Shown here in pieces: positions 9,338 through 19,553 of a stretch of DNA of 37,418 nt. The position numbers and the translations under genes were made by a program. The stretch spans positions 1 through 37,418 of the forward strand of contig JBLHPP010000001.1 of assembly GCA_047624385.1 (NCBI GenBank), given 5' to 3'. The number at the start of each line of letters is the position of its first letter. Within the stretch, counting starts at the first letter, position 1. This DNA is from Crocinitomicaceae bacterium. Its GTDB lineage: Bacteria > Verrucomicrobiota > Verrucomicrobiia > Verrucomicrobiales > Akkermansiaceae. The notes below the pieces were generated by a model that saw nothing but the letters and a program-made list of their open reading frames with translations, did not search any database and was not told the origin of the DNA.

Positions 9338-10261
9338 TTAGGTAGCGTCACGAAGACGTGGGTTGAGAAGAAGTAGAGCGATATCGACGAGCAGGTTGGC
9401 TCCAGCCATGAGGAAGCCATAAAATATGACGAGCCCTTGAAGCAGTGCGTAATCCTTGCTGGTGACTGCATTGATGAAGTGTTGGCCCATTCCAGGAACC
9501 TGAAAGATTGTTTCAACAATAAATGAGCCTGTGATGATAGCAGCGAATGCGGGTCCGAGATAGGTTACGGCAGGCATCATTGCTCCACGCAAGGTGTGTT
9601 TCACAATGATTGGAAGCATTGGTACGCCTTTGGCCTTAGCTGTGCGGATGTAATCTTGAGACAGAACTTCCAGCATTCCGCCACGGGTAAGCCGTGCGAG
9701 GTAGGCTGCAGATCCTACGCCGAGTGTGATAGATGGAAGTAAAATATCTGCGGCGGTGTCCCATCCGGCAACATTTATCCAGTCAGTTTTACTAGCGACC
9801 CATAGCTGGAGCAGTGGGCCTAATACGAAGGTTGGGATACAGATGCCGACCATCGCCACTGCCATCGATGAGTAGTCAATCCACGAATTCTTTTTAAGAG
9901 CTGCTAATATCCCCATTGGAATACCTAGCAATACCGCGACTGTGATACCACCAAGACCCACGAGCAATGAAGCTGGAAGGGACTGGACAATGATCTCGTT
10001 GACTGTGCGGCCAGGCTTAGAGGTCGATAGTCCAAGGTCACCTTGTAGAACATTTTTTACATAGCGTCCATATTGGACAATCAGTGGTTTATCTAGCCCG
10101 TAGTATTCTTCTATCTTTTCCTTCACATGCTCAGGCATGCTTTTGTCATCGGTGGACAATGGGTCACCAGGGATGGCCCGGATAGCAATGAAGGTCAGGG
10201 TGAATAGGAAGAATACGACTGCAAAGGCTTGCAGGACGCGACTAATGATTAGACGAAACAT
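9338..10261 (-). CDS. oppB: Oligopeptide ABC transporter permease, OppB-like
   Basis: PGDP, YGLDKPL..QY, GDLGLS, DYIRTAKAKG, ETIFQVPGMG, NPRLR. Confidence 0.93.
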   Translation of the reverse strand: MFRLIISRVLQAFAVVFFLFTLTFIAIRAIPGDPLSTDDKSMPEHVKEKIEEYYGLDKPLIVQYGRYVKNVLQGDLGLSTSKPGRTVNEIIVQSLPASLLVGLGGITVAVLLGIPMGILAALKKNSWIDYSSMAVAMVGICIPTFVLGPLLQLWVASKTDWINVAGWDTAADILLPSITLGVGSAAYLARLTRGGMLEVLSQDYIRTAKAKGVPMLPIIVKHTLRGAMMPAVTYLGPAFAAIITGSFIVETIFQVPGMGQHFINAVTSKDYALLQGLVIFYGFLMAGANLLVDIALLLLNPRLRDAT

Positions 10262-10285
10262 GAGATGATGTGGGAAATGAGAAAA

Positions 10286-12220
10286 TTAGTTAGACTTAAG
10301 CTCAACGAACTTGAATGGATGGTTGTCTAGCAAGAGTGGTTTCCAGCCTTGGACTGAGGGGTGAAGGAGGTAGTTACTGGTATACCAATACAGTGGCAGA
10401 ATAGGGCGCTCACTTAGGATGATGGCCTCAGCGTCTTTTAGGATTTCAAGACGTTCAGTAGGATCTGCATTTTGCTCCGCTAGGCTGAGCTTATCTTCGT
10501 ACTTGCTACTACTCCAGCCGGTGTTGTTGTTGCCGTTACCTTTACTCCACATATCGAGGAAAGTAGTCGGGTCGAGAAAGTCGCCAATCCATCCGCCGAC
10601 TGCGATATCGTAATCGAGTTCTTGCTGTGCTGTAAGGAATGTGCCCCACTCACGTTGTTCGATGCGGACATTGATTCCGAGGTGTTGTTTCCACATTGCT
10701 TGTAGTGCTTCAGCCATACGAATCGAGGTTTCTTTGGGAGTCGTGAGGATTTTGAGGTCGGTGGTGAATCCCTCACCATTTGGAAATCCAGCGTCAGCCA
10801 TGAGTTTTTGCGCTTCAGTTGCGTCGAAGTAAACGGCCTTTGGAGTCGTGTATTCCTCTGTCTGAGGAACAATCCCATGGGCCGGTGTTTGACCACCCTG
10901 TAGCAGGTTGTCGATGATGAGCTGTCTATCGATAGCGGCTGAAAGAGCCAGTCTCACTTTGGGATCGCCCATAGGCTTTCTTGTGGTGTTAAGACGGAGA
11001 AAGTAGACACCAACATACGGTTCTTGTCTGAGTGCTTCAGGCAGCACCTTTTTTGAGTGAATGATCATCTCAGGGGGGAGGGTGTAGGTCTTGTGGAGCT
11101 GGTTGTCGAAAAACATACGCGCTTCGGTGTAAGCATTTTTCACAGGTAAATAGCGAATGCCATTCAGTTTCACGGTCTCAGAGTCCCAATAATTAGGGTT
11201 CTTTAGCGCTTCGACGTGGTGGTTGAAGCGCCAACTATTGAGTACAAAAGCGCCGTTAGAAACGATATTTCCCACGCGAGTCCAACCTGTGTTTGGTGTG
11301 TCGATGGTTCCGAACTTGAGTACAGTATGCTTGGGGACTGGGAACCAAGTGTAGTGTTTGGTGATTTCAGGTAAGAATGGAACTGGGCCTCGAAGCTTGA
11401 CAACGAGGGTGTGCGGGGTTTTCGCCGATACGCCAACATGAGCGAGGTCCCATAGATCAGGTGAACCCGCCTCGGCATGCTGTATCAAGCGAGCCATGAT
11501 AACCTTTATCTGTGCCGCGGTGACAGAACTCGGCCAATCGAACTTGATAGATTTATCGCGGATGGTTTTGAGCTGCTGTGAGGTGAGTTTGTTGAGCCCT
11601 GTGTGGTTGAAGTAGAGGCTTTTTTGTTCGGTATTTAGAGAGGGGAAATCATCTTTAGCGGCGTCTTTAAATGAGGAAATATCGAGTTTGTCGTTGCCTG
11701 TGAAGTTACATTCTTTAATCAGTTCCCAATCAAGTGTGCTTTGTGGGTCGGTCTTGAAGAAGATGTATCCCTTGTGGTCTTGGTTGTATTCCTTGGCGTT
11801 GACTAGATAGTAGAGCATTTCTGCGTATTTTGCTCCGAGGTTTGGTGAGAGTATGCGATGGAAAGAAAAGAGGAAGTCGTCAGCAGTGATAGGCATACCA
11901 TCAGACCATTCAGCATCTGAACGGAGGTTGAATGTCCATTGAGTGAAGTCTTCGTTAGGTTCCCAACTTTCAGCGACACCTGGCAGGCATACTGCATTTT
12001 TTGATGGATGATCGACACAAAGACCTTCGAAGATTGCGCGGATGATATTGCCCTCAATGACTCCACTAACCAGGTGAGGATCTACTCCTTTTGGTTCATC
12101 GCCATTTCCTAATATGAGAATCCCTTCACGATTAGCTCGCTCTACTGGAGTTTCGTCTTGGCAGCTGGTCAGAGTCAGTAGACCGCTGAGGAGAAGTAGG
12201 GTGAAGGTGATGCTTCGCAT
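10286..12220 (-). CDS. oppA: Oligopeptide ABC substrate-binding lipoprotein, OppA-like, with about 110-aa insertion
   Basis: Lipoprotein signal MRSITFTLLLLSGLLTLTS-C (start 12220 preferred), PGVAESWE, WSDG.PITADDF, VSNGAF, KNPNYWD, GWIGDF.DP.TFL. Confidence 0.92.
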   Translation of the reverse strand: MRSITFTLLLLSGLLTLTSCQDETPVERANREGILILGNGDEPKGVDPHLVSGVIEGNIIRAIFEGLCVDHPSKNAVCLPGVAESWEPNEDFTQWTFNLRSDAEWSDGMPITADDFLFSFHRILSPNLGAKYAEMLYYLVNAKEYNQDHKGYIFFKTDPQSTLDWELIKECNFTGNDKLDISSFKDAAKDDFPSLNTEQKSLYFNHTGLNKLTSQQLKTIRDKSIKFDWPSSVTAAQIKVIMARLIQHAEAGSPDLWDLAHVGVSAKTPHTLVVKLRGPVPFLPEITKHYTWFPVPKHTVLKFGTIDTPNTGWTRVGNIVSNGAFVLNSWRFNHHVEALKNPNYWDSETVKLNGIRYLPVKNAYTEARMFFDNQLHKTYTLPPEMIIHSKKVLPEALRQEPYVGVYFLRLNTTRKPMGDPKVRLALSAAIDRQLIIDNLLQGGQTPAHGIVPQTEEYTTPKAVYFDATEAQKLMADAGFPNGEGFTTDLKILTTPKETSIRMAEALQAMWKQHLGINVRIEQREWGTFLTAQQELDYDIAVGGWIGDFLDPTTFLDMWSKGNGNNNTGWSSSKYEDKLSLAEQNADPTERLEILKDAEAIILSERPILPLYWYTSNYLLHPSVQGWKPLLLDNHPFKFVELKSN

Positions 12221-12376
12221 AGCAGGGCAACGTTGGCTTAAAAAGCTTAGAGTTGCAGTCATTATTTTAATAAAAATCAATTAATTTTAGGGAAACGCAT
12301 TGTTGCCTTCGCTAAATGTGTGTCATATATACCAGTATGCTCGTTCAGCTATACTGGCGAATCTCACCTATATTTC

Positions 12377-13729
12377 ATGAAAGCCTACTTCATCCGCCGA
12401 TTTTTACTGGTGCTACCTACCATGATAGGGATCACTCTACTTGTGTTCACCGTGACACGCTTTGCGCCTGGTGGACCGATGGAGAGCATCCTTCAGGCTG
12501 CAGTAGCTGGCGGCGAAGATGGGGGTAGCTCAGGTGGGTCAGAAGATAAGTCAGGCCAACTCTCTACTGAAGACCTTGAGAAGCTTGAGGAGGAATATGG
12601 ATACGATAAGAATGTCATCCATGCATACGGCCAATGGTTAGGAGTCCTGCCCAAAGAGACTTTGATCTCTAAAAAAGAATTTGGTGGTGAAACCATCGAT
12701 AAAGACATTGATACGGGCAAAGAGCTGAAACTTGTGTTACGTGGTTCAGATCGCGTTGTAGAGGTGGAGATCAATCGTGAAGAAGGGAAAGAGGTTTCCC
12801 TAAAGAGTTTTAAATACACCGACGGCAGTGACCCGCTCAATGATGGCTGGGTCTTACGTATTGAGTCGCCTGGTGACCGTGCAGAGCGTTGGGCTCGCAG
12901 AGAGAAAAAGGATGCGAGCGAATGTAATGAGCGTTATGACTACCGCGCTGTGGCCTATAAAACCCGATTTACAGGTCTGATTCAGGGCAATCTTGGACGA
13001 TCTCAGCAGTACGGAGACACAGTGTGGTCAATGGTTATCGCGCGTGTTCCGATCGCGTTATACTTTGGGATTCTATCCACAGTGATTATTTACGGGACAT
13101 GCATTCCACTAGGCGTGGTTAAAGCCATCAGTCATCGATCATGGTTTGATAATCTTAGCTCGATCATGATTTTTATCGGTTATGCGATTCCCGGGTATGC
13201 CTTGGGCGCTTTGTTAGTTGTTTTTCTAGGTGCTCAAATGGGTTGGTTCCCAATCTTCGGTCTAACCAGCGAAGGCTTTGATGGCCTCAGTGTTTTCGGT
13301 CAACTAAAGGATTTGGCGCACCACACTGTGTTGCCAGTCATCTGTTATGTGATCAGTGGCTTCGCTTTCCTAACCATGATGATGAAGAACAATCTAATGG
13401 ACAACCTGTCTGCTGATTATGTGAGGACTGCTATGTCTAAAGGAGTGACATTCCGCCGTGCAGTGATCGGTCACGCCTTCCGAAATTCCTTTATCCCGAT
13501 TGCTACAGGCTTGGGTGGTCTAATCACCTTGTTTGTCGGCGGCAGTATGTTGATCGAGCGTGTATTTGATATCCAAGGGTTTGGAATGCTTCAGTTCCAA
13601 GCAGTGATGGATAAGGATATCCCTGTGATTATGGGAACACTCACTATCAGTGCATTCCTCATGCTTATGGGCAATATTTTGTCAGACATCATTGTCGCGA
13701 TGGTCGATCCACGTATCAAATTTAACTAA
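12377..13729 (+). CDS. yejB: Peptide ABC permease, YejB/OppB-like, with enlarged periplasmic loop
   Basis: YFIRRFLLVLPTMIGI..APGGP, DLAHHTVLP, DYVRTAMSKG, HAFRNS, VDPRIKF. Start at 12377 preferred. Confidence 0.85.
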   Translation: MKAYFIRRFLLVLPTMIGITLLVFTVTRFAPGGPMESILQAAVAGGEDGGSSGGSEDKSGQLSTEDLEKLEEEYGYDKNVIHAYGQWLGVLPKETLISKKEFGGETIDKDIDTGKELKLVLRGSDRVVEVEINREEGKEVSLKSFKYTDGSDPLNDGWVLRIESPGDRAERWARREKKDASECNERYDYRAVAYKTRFTGLIQGNLGRSQQYGDTVWSMVIARVPIALYFGILSTVIIYGTCIPLGVVKAISHRSWFDNLSSIMIFIGYAIPGYALGALLVVFLGAQMGWFPIFGLTSEGFDGLSVFGQLKDLAHHTVLPVICYVISGFAFLTMMMKNNLMDNLSADYVRTAMSKGVTFRRAVIGHAFRNSFIPIATGLGGLITLFVGGSMLIERVFDIQGFGMLQFQAVMDKDIPVIMGTLTISAFLMLMGNILSDIIVAMVDPRIKFN

Positions 13730-13743
13730 CTAAGAAATTTATT

Positions 13744-15315
13744 ATGAGAAAAGTTGCTTGGTTTATATTAGTCGCCTCGGTGATTGCCGCGATTGCTGAG
13801 GTGATCGGCTTGCATCTCCCAACGGTGAGTTGGGCGTACACACTTTCGAGCAAAGTGAGCTGGCTCCATAGTGAGGTCGGGGCAGGGGAAAGTTTAGAGA
13901 AGTTCGTCTGGTTTGGCCAAGCAATGAGCATTTTTGGCATTGCCGTGGCAGTGTTGATTCTTATTAGAAATCCAGTAGGAAAGGAGTTGTTGCCATCTAC
14001 GAAAGTACGCTTGAGTAGGTTTAAATCAAACACGCGCGGTTACGTTTCGTTCTGGATTATACTCGCTATGATCCTCCTAGCTGGGCTCGACCAAGTCGTT
14101 GTTGGCAAGCGAGCCTTATTTGTCAAAACCGATACTGGCATGTACTTTCCGGCATTCAGCCGCCAAGTTTACTACGGTAAAGATTTTGGTCTAACTGGTG
14201 ATAAAGCATCAGCCGAAGCGGACTATAGACTACTTAAAAAGCAAGGTGCTCACACAGTGGTGATGCCACTGGTTCCATACGACCCAACTCAAGACACAGC
14301 AAAAGTTCCTTTTGTGGAGTTAGAGGAAGCTGCCGGTGTGCTGCTAGGTGTCGATGGTGATGCTATGAATGGTAGTGTCTCGACTCTCTATGATAGTGAT
14401 TCCGAAAGTCGCCATATGATCTACGATTACCGTAAAGGTCTGAAACAAGGACTCGTGATGGGACGCGATAAGAAGGGCGTGCCAGTCTATGAAGCGCGTT
14501 ATGATAATGGTGTTTTGGTTGAGGGGTCTGAGAACTATTCCGGTAAAGAAATGGGGCTCGCTGCGTTTCTCGCTGCTGGTGACGGGAGACTGTGCAAAGT
14601 ATTTTTCCACGCAGCACCTCCCGGCAAAGAACATTTGCTAGGAACCACTCCTTTGGGGAGCGACATGGTGGCTTACCTCTACGGTGGGTTGCAGATCAAC
14701 ATCAAGGCCGCATTGATTTACATCCCAATGATTTATTTGATTGGTGTCAGCTTAGGGTTGCTGATGGGCTTCTTGGGTGGAGTGTTCGACCTCATTTTTC
14801 AGCGACTGATCGAGATCTTCTCAACGATTCCATTTCTCTTCGTGGTGATCATTTTTAGTAGTTTACTCGATGCTAAAGACCGTGGTTTAGGCTTGATCTT
14901 ATTGATTCTTATCGCATTTGGATGGATGGGCATGACCTACCTCATGCGTACCGCGGCCATGAAGGAAAAGGCCCGTGATTATGTGGCGGCAGCTCGAGTC
15001 TCTGGAGCATCGACGTCGCGTATTATCTTTACCCATATTTTACCAAATACTGTGGCGATTTTGGTGACCTTGGTTCCCTTCAGTATATCAGGTATTATCA
15101 TGTCTCTAACCGCACTGGATTACCTAGGATTCGGTCTCCCTTCCGAGTACGCAACTTGGGGAACCTTGCTAAAAGATGGCCTGGCAAACTTTTCTAAACC
15201 TTGGTTGGTCGCATCCTCTTTCACCGCATTGGTGTCCACACTCGTATTGGTCACATTCGTTGGTGAAGCGGTACGCGATGCGTTCGACCCTAAGAAATTC
15301 ACTACTTACAAATAG
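13744..15315 (+). CDS. yejE: Peptide ABC permease, YejE/OppC-like, with extra N-terminal TM segments and a MORN-like insert
   Basis: RFKSNTRGYVSF, HLLGT, QRLIEIFSTIP, SLTALDYLGFGLP, FVGEAVRDAFDP. Confidence 0.82.
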   Translation: MRKVAWFILVASVIAAIAEVIGLHLPTVSWAYTLSSKVSWLHSEVGAGESLEKFVWFGQAMSIFGIAVAVLILIRNPVGKELLPSTKVRLSRFKSNTRGYVSFWIILAMILLAGLDQVVVGKRALFVKTDTGMYFPAFSRQVYYGKDFGLTGDKASAEADYRLLKKQGAHTVVMPLVPYDPTQDTAKVPFVELEEAAGVLLGVDGDAMNGSVSTLYDSDSESRHMIYDYRKGLKQGLVMGRDKKGVPVYEARYDNGVLVEGSENYSGKEMGLAAFLAAGDGRLCKVFFHAAPPGKEHLLGTTPLGSDMVAYLYGGLQINIKAALIYIPMIYLIGVSLGLLMGFLGGVFDLIFQRLIEIFSTIPFLFVVIIFSSLLDAKDRGLGLILLILIAFGWMGMTYLMRTAAMKEKARDYVAAARVSGASTSRIIFTHILPNTVAILVTLVPFSISGIIMSLTALDYLGFGLPSEYATWGTLLKDGLANFSKPWLVASSFTALVSTLVLVTFVGEAVRDAFDPKKFTTYK

Positions 15316-15325
15316 GCTTATTTAC

Positions 15326-17452
15326 ATGAGGAAACTAATCCAACTTCTATTACTCTCTGCTACGGTTGTCTGTCTGACGTCATGTAGCAAAGAGCAGGAA
15401 CAAGTGAAGCGGGAGTCTGGCTTTCCTGACTTCGTTGAGAACTATAATCGAAATATCTCAGATTGGTTGCTCGGTGAACAAGCAAAACTCGATAAGCTAG
15501 AAGCTAAGCTTAAAGGCGAGCTCACTGATACGAGCTCTGATTCTGAGAAGGCTGCATTTCAAGGTAAGATCAAAGACATTGTTAGGAAGCGTGCTAAGTA
15601 CACCTATCGCCAAGGGCTGGGTAAGTATTTTGATTTCAAAAAGAACGATGACCTTCCTGAAGAATTGGTTTGGGAGAATGGTGCGGACAACCCAATCATC
15701 GGTGACCCTAGAGCTAAAAAAGGAGGGAGCCTACATACCTACAGGCTATCATTCCCAAAGACATTACGTCCCTTCGGGCCGAATTCTAATGGCTCGTATC
15801 GGGGTGAACTTTATGATCTCATCGATATGGGGTTGATAGGATATCACCCAATCACAGAAAAAGTAATACCGGCTATAGCTAAAGAATGGGCGTATGGTGC
15901 AGATGGGCGCACAGTATTTTACCGAATCGACCCGGATGCCAGCTACAATGATGGAGTGAAAGTGAAGGCGACAGATTTCATGTTCAATATCTATATCCGC
16001 ATTTCAGATAACCTTTCTAACCCGTTCCAGAAACAATATTTCAGAGAACAACTCGCCAATATAACATTATACGGAGACTCAGTACTTTCAATCTCACTGC
16101 CAGAGCCAAAGCCAAGGTTGGCCTTCTTTACCAGCCTGTCGCCATCTGCTCCTCATTTCTATAAAGCGTACGGCCCTGACTATAAAGAGCGCTACCAATG
16201 GCTGGTGCCACCAACAACTGGAGCCTACACAGTTCTAACTAAAGATATCAAAAAGGGACGCAGCATCACACAGTCACGTGTCAAAGACTGGTGGGCGAAG
16301 GATAAGAAGTACTACAAGCACGGCTATAATGTGGATAAGATCAACTATCAGGTGATTGCCGATAAATCCAAAGCTTTTGAGCTCTTCTTGATCGGCGATA
16401 TCGATTATTTTAATCTCGGCGTGCCTGACTATTGGTATGAAAAGATGGAGGTGCCGCAATACTTCAATGGTTACATCGAGAAAGCTCAGTTCTACAATAT
16501 CTTCCCACGTGCTCCACGTGGCTTGTACCTAAATCTCGCAGAGAAGCCACTGGACAATCTCGATGTGAGGAAAGGATTATCCCATGCAATGGACTTCGAC
16601 ACCGTGAACACGGTGTTGTTCCGAGGCGATGTGGAACGTTTGCAAAGCTGGGCTGAAGGTTATGGTAAATTCAGTAATCCAAATATCAAGGCGCGTGAGT
16701 ACTCAGTGAGTAAAGCTGAGGAATACTTCGCAAAAGCGGGCTTCACCAAGCGCGATTCTGATGGGTATCTGACGAGTGAATCCGGTAAGCGATTGCAGCT
16801 AGAGATCACCTGGGGCCGCGCTCCTATTTGGGATCAAGTCATTGATAAGTTAAAGGAGGGGGCAAAAAAGGCCGGTGTTGAGATTCTTCTCGATGGAAAT
16901 ATCAGTTCCGTGTCATTCACTAAAATGTTAGAAAAGCGCCACCAAGCAGCTTTCTTAGCTTGGAATGTGCAACCTCCATTCCCACGCTACTATGGCTCCT
17001 TTCATTCTACCAATGCTTACGATGAGAAAGGTAATCTGAAGCAGCAAACGACAAATATGAACTCGTACAGAAATTCTGAGATGGACAGACTGTCTGAGAA
17101 TATTCGAGCTGCGACCAGCGAAGACGCTCTCCAGCGCGATGCCTGGAAGGCTGAACAACTTGTACACGACGAAGCTTTATTCATCCCCGCTATCAAGTCT
17201 GGCTATCTAAGACTTGGCCATTGGCGTTGGCTCAAGTGGCCACAGACTCAGCACTATGAGTTCAATGCCCCAGGGGTCTCGCTCCCAGTGGAGAGTTACT
17301 TGTACTGGATTGACGAAGACCTCAAAAAGGAGACTCTAGCTGCTAAAAAGGCGGGAAAGAAGTTACCCGAGAAAAACCATTTCTATGACCTCTACCGAGA
17401 GGGGATTCCTACGCTTGAAGAGTTAGAGAATCGTACCGTGGAGAAAAACTAA
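15326..17452 (+). CDS. ABC substrate-binding lipoprotein (SBP family 5, YejA-like) with N-terminal coiled-coil extension
   Basis: Lipobox MRKLIQLLLLSATVVCLTS-C (start 15326), GDPRAKKGG, P.TTGAY, RVKDWWA, DVRKGLSHAMDF. Confidence 0.87.
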   Translation: MRKLIQLLLLSATVVCLTSCSKEQEQVKRESGFPDFVENYNRNISDWLLGEQAKLDKLEAKLKGELTDTSSDSEKAAFQGKIKDIVRKRAKYTYRQGLGKYFDFKKNDDLPEELVWENGADNPIIGDPRAKKGGSLHTYRLSFPKTLRPFGPNSNGSYRGELYDLIDMGLIGYHPITEKVIPAIAKEWAYGADGRTVFYRIDPDASYNDGVKVKATDFMFNIYIRISDNLSNPFQKQYFREQLANITLYGDSVLSISLPEPKPRLAFFTSLSPSAPHFYKAYGPDYKERYQWLVPPTTGAYTVLTKDIKKGRSITQSRVKDWWAKDKKYYKHGYNVDKINYQVIADKSKAFELFLIGDIDYFNLGVPDYWYEKMEVPQYFNGYIEKAQFYNIFPRAPRGLYLNLAEKPLDNLDVRKGLSHAMDFDTVNTVLFRGDVERLQSWAEGYGKFSNPNIKAREYSVSKAEEYFAKAGFTKRDSDGYLTSESGKRLQLEITWGRAPIWDQVIDKLKEGAKKAGVEILLDGNISSVSFTKMLEKRHQAAFLAWNVQPPFPRYYGSFHSTNAYDEKGNLKQQTTNMNSYRNSEMDRLSENIRAATSEDALQRDAWKAEQLVHDEALFIPAIKSGYLRLGHWRWLKWPQTQHYEFNAPGVSLPVESYLYWIDEDLKKETLAAKKAGKKLPEKNHFYDLYREGIPTLEELENRTVEKN

Positions 17453-17458
17453 CCAAGA

Positions 17459-18466
17459 TTGGATACTGTGTCAGAAATTGAAAATATTCTTGAGGTCAAA
17501 GGCCTCGTCACCGAATTTAAGACCGAGCGTGGTTGGCTCCGTGCTATCGATGGAGTGAGCTTTGATGTGCCGAAGGGTAAAACCGTAGGTATCGTAGGAG
17601 AATCAGGATGTGGAAAGTCTGTGACTGCCATGTCTATAGTTGACTTACTGCCAAAGCCGATGGGACATGTGCGTGAGGGTGAAATTATTTTTAAAGGCCG
17701 AGACCTGCGCAAGGTCGAGCATAAGGAATATTATAAAGTACGCGGGGGTGAAATTGGTGTTATTTTCCAAGAGCCAATGACTGCTCTCAATCCTGTACAC
17801 CGAATCGGTCGCCAGCTGATGGAGGTGCTACTTCTCCATCGTGAAATGAGCAAACCTGATGCGCGCCAAGCTGCTATTGAGATTCTCGATAAAGTAGGAA
17901 TCCCTGCGCCAGAGATCCGAGTAGACGAATACCCGCACCAACTCTCCGGCGGTATGCGCCAGCGGGTGGTGATAGCCATGGCTCTGGCCTGTAAGCCAGA
18001 CCTAGTAATCGCTGACGAGCCGACCACCGCACTCGACGTGACTGTGCAGGCTGAGATCTTAGACCTCATTAAGAATCTACAAAAGGAAATGGGCATGTCG
18101 GTTATTATGATCACTCACGATCTTGGAGTCATTGCCGAGACCTGTGATGAGGTGGTTGTGATGTATGCCGGCCGAGTTGTTGAACGTGGCTCAGTCTATG
18201 AAATATTTGAGAACCCAGTTCACGCCTACACCCAGGCATTACTCAGTTCTATACCTTCTCTCGATGCTCCACGTAAATCTGAGTTGTCGACGATTCCCGG
18301 CACTGTCGCAGGCATAACCGACTTTGTAGCTGGTTGCCGATTCTGTCAGCGCATGTCAGTGCCAGTCGAGCAGCTCACTGAGCGCCCAAATTCCATCGAA
18401 ATTGGAAAAGGTCACTGGGTAGAAGATTGTCCGACCTGTAACACCCAACGCCTAGCAACTGCCTAA
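17459..18466 (+). CDS. oppD: Peptide ABC ATPase, OppD/DppD
   Basis: Walker A GESGCGKS, signature LSGGMRQR, ADEPTTALD, C-terminal oligo_HPY region with Cys residues. Start is TTG 17459 or GTG 17468. Confidence 0.94.
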   Translation: MDTVSEIENILEVKGLVTEFKTERGWLRAIDGVSFDVPKGKTVGIVGESGCGKSVTAMSIVDLLPKPMGHVREGEIIFKGRDLRKVEHKEYYKVRGGEIGVIFQEPMTALNPVHRIGRQLMEVLLLHREMSKPDARQAAIEILDKVGIPAPEIRVDEYPHQLSGGMRQRVVIAMALACKPDLVIADEPTTALDVTVQAEILDLIKNLQKEMGMSVIMITHDLGVIAETCDEVVVMYAGRVVERGSVYEIFENPVHAYTQALLSSIPSLDAPRKSELSTIPGTVAGITDFVAGCRFCQRMSVPVEQLTERPNSIEIGKGHWVEDCPTCNTQRLATA

Positions 18467-18475
18467 TTACTCACT

Positions 18476-19486
18476 ATGTCCGCTCTTCTTGAAGTAAATG
18501 ATCTGAAAATGCACTTCCCTGTACGTGGGGGAATAACCATGAAACAGATGAGATCAGTCAAGGCTGTCGACGGCGTTTCTTTCGCTGTTCAGCCCGGCGA
18601 GACACTAGGTCTCGTCGGTGAGTCAGGCTGCGGGAAATCGACCTTAGGTAAATGCCTAGTACGCCTGTATGAGCCAACTGCTGGACAGATAGCACTAGAA
18701 GGATGTGACATCACTAAGATGTCTCAGTCCAAGCTGCGCCCATTACGTAAGGACATCCAGATGATGTTCCAGGACCCAGCTGAGTCACTGAACTCACGTT
18801 TCTCTGTGCGCCAAATCGTACGTGAACCACTCGATATTCAAAAGGTAGGCACCCGAAAAGAACGCGATGCCATGGTGGAAGATTTACTCGAAAAAGTAGG
18901 CCTCCCTCGCACCGCCGCAGATAAGTTTCCATTTGAATTCTCTGGCGGTCAGCGCCAGCGTATCGGAATAGCTAGAGCCATCGCGCTGAATCCTAAAATG
19001 TTAGTGTTAGATGAACCCGTCTCAGCGCTCGATGTGTCGGTCCAATCTCAGGTGATCAACCTCTTAGTCGAACTTCAGAAAGACTTGAACATGGCGTACC
19101 TTTTCATTGCTCACGATCTAGCGGTAGTGAAACACATTTCTGATCGTGTCGCAGTCATGTACCTAGGTAAGATTGTTGAGCTAGCAGACGCTGATGTCAT
19201 CTATAACAGCCCACGTCACAGCTACACAAAGGCGCTACTATCGGCGATTCCTCACGCCGACCCTAGATACGAGAAAACCCGTATTAGCCTCGAAGGCGAA
19301 GTGCCCTCACCGATTGATCCGCCCAAAGGATCAGCTTTTGGCCACCGTATCAATCACCCACGCTACCAAGAAACCGTAGGAATGGACATGAGCCTCGTAG
19401 AGATCGCGCCAGGCCATTGGGTCGCCGCCGATCCCTGTAGCCTCACCGAAGAAGATTGGCAAAAGGCGAAAGCCTTAAGAGCGTAG
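18476..19486 (+). CDS. oppF: Peptide ABC ATPase, OppF/DppF
   Basis: [47 protein letters not shown]. Confidence 0.94.
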   Translation: MSALLEVNDLKMHFPVRGGITMKQMRSVKAVDGVSFAVQPGETLGLVGESGCGKSTLGKCLVRLYEPTAGQIALEGCDITKMSQSKLRPLRKDIQMMFQDPAESLNSRFSVRQIVREPLDIQKVGTRKERDAMVEDLLEKVGLPRTAADKFPFEFSGGQRQRIGIARAIALNPKMLVLDEPVSALDVSVQSQVINLLVELQKDLNMAYLFIAHDLAVVKHISDRVAVMYLGKIVELADADVIYNSPRHSYTKALLSAIPHADPRYEKTRISLEGEVPSPIDPPKGSAFGHRINHPRYQETVGMDMSLVEIAPGHWVAADPCSLTEEDWQKAKALRA

Positions 19487-19504
19487 CGCAGGCGTCTCGC
19501 CTGC
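19483..19504 (+). repeat. GTAG-type REP palindrome overlapping the oppF stop codon
   Basis: GTAG-C-GCAGGCG-TCT-CGCCTGC: GTAG tetranucleotide followed by a perfect 7-bp GC-rich stem. Confidence 0.55.
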
Positions 19505-19553
19505 TGCAGTGATCAAGCGAACGCAGTGAATCAATAATAATACCTCTAACACT

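Noticed and set aside
15176-15325. Longer N-terminus for the YejA-like ORF
   Set aside because: Overlaps yejE; the lipoprotein signal begins at ATG 15326.
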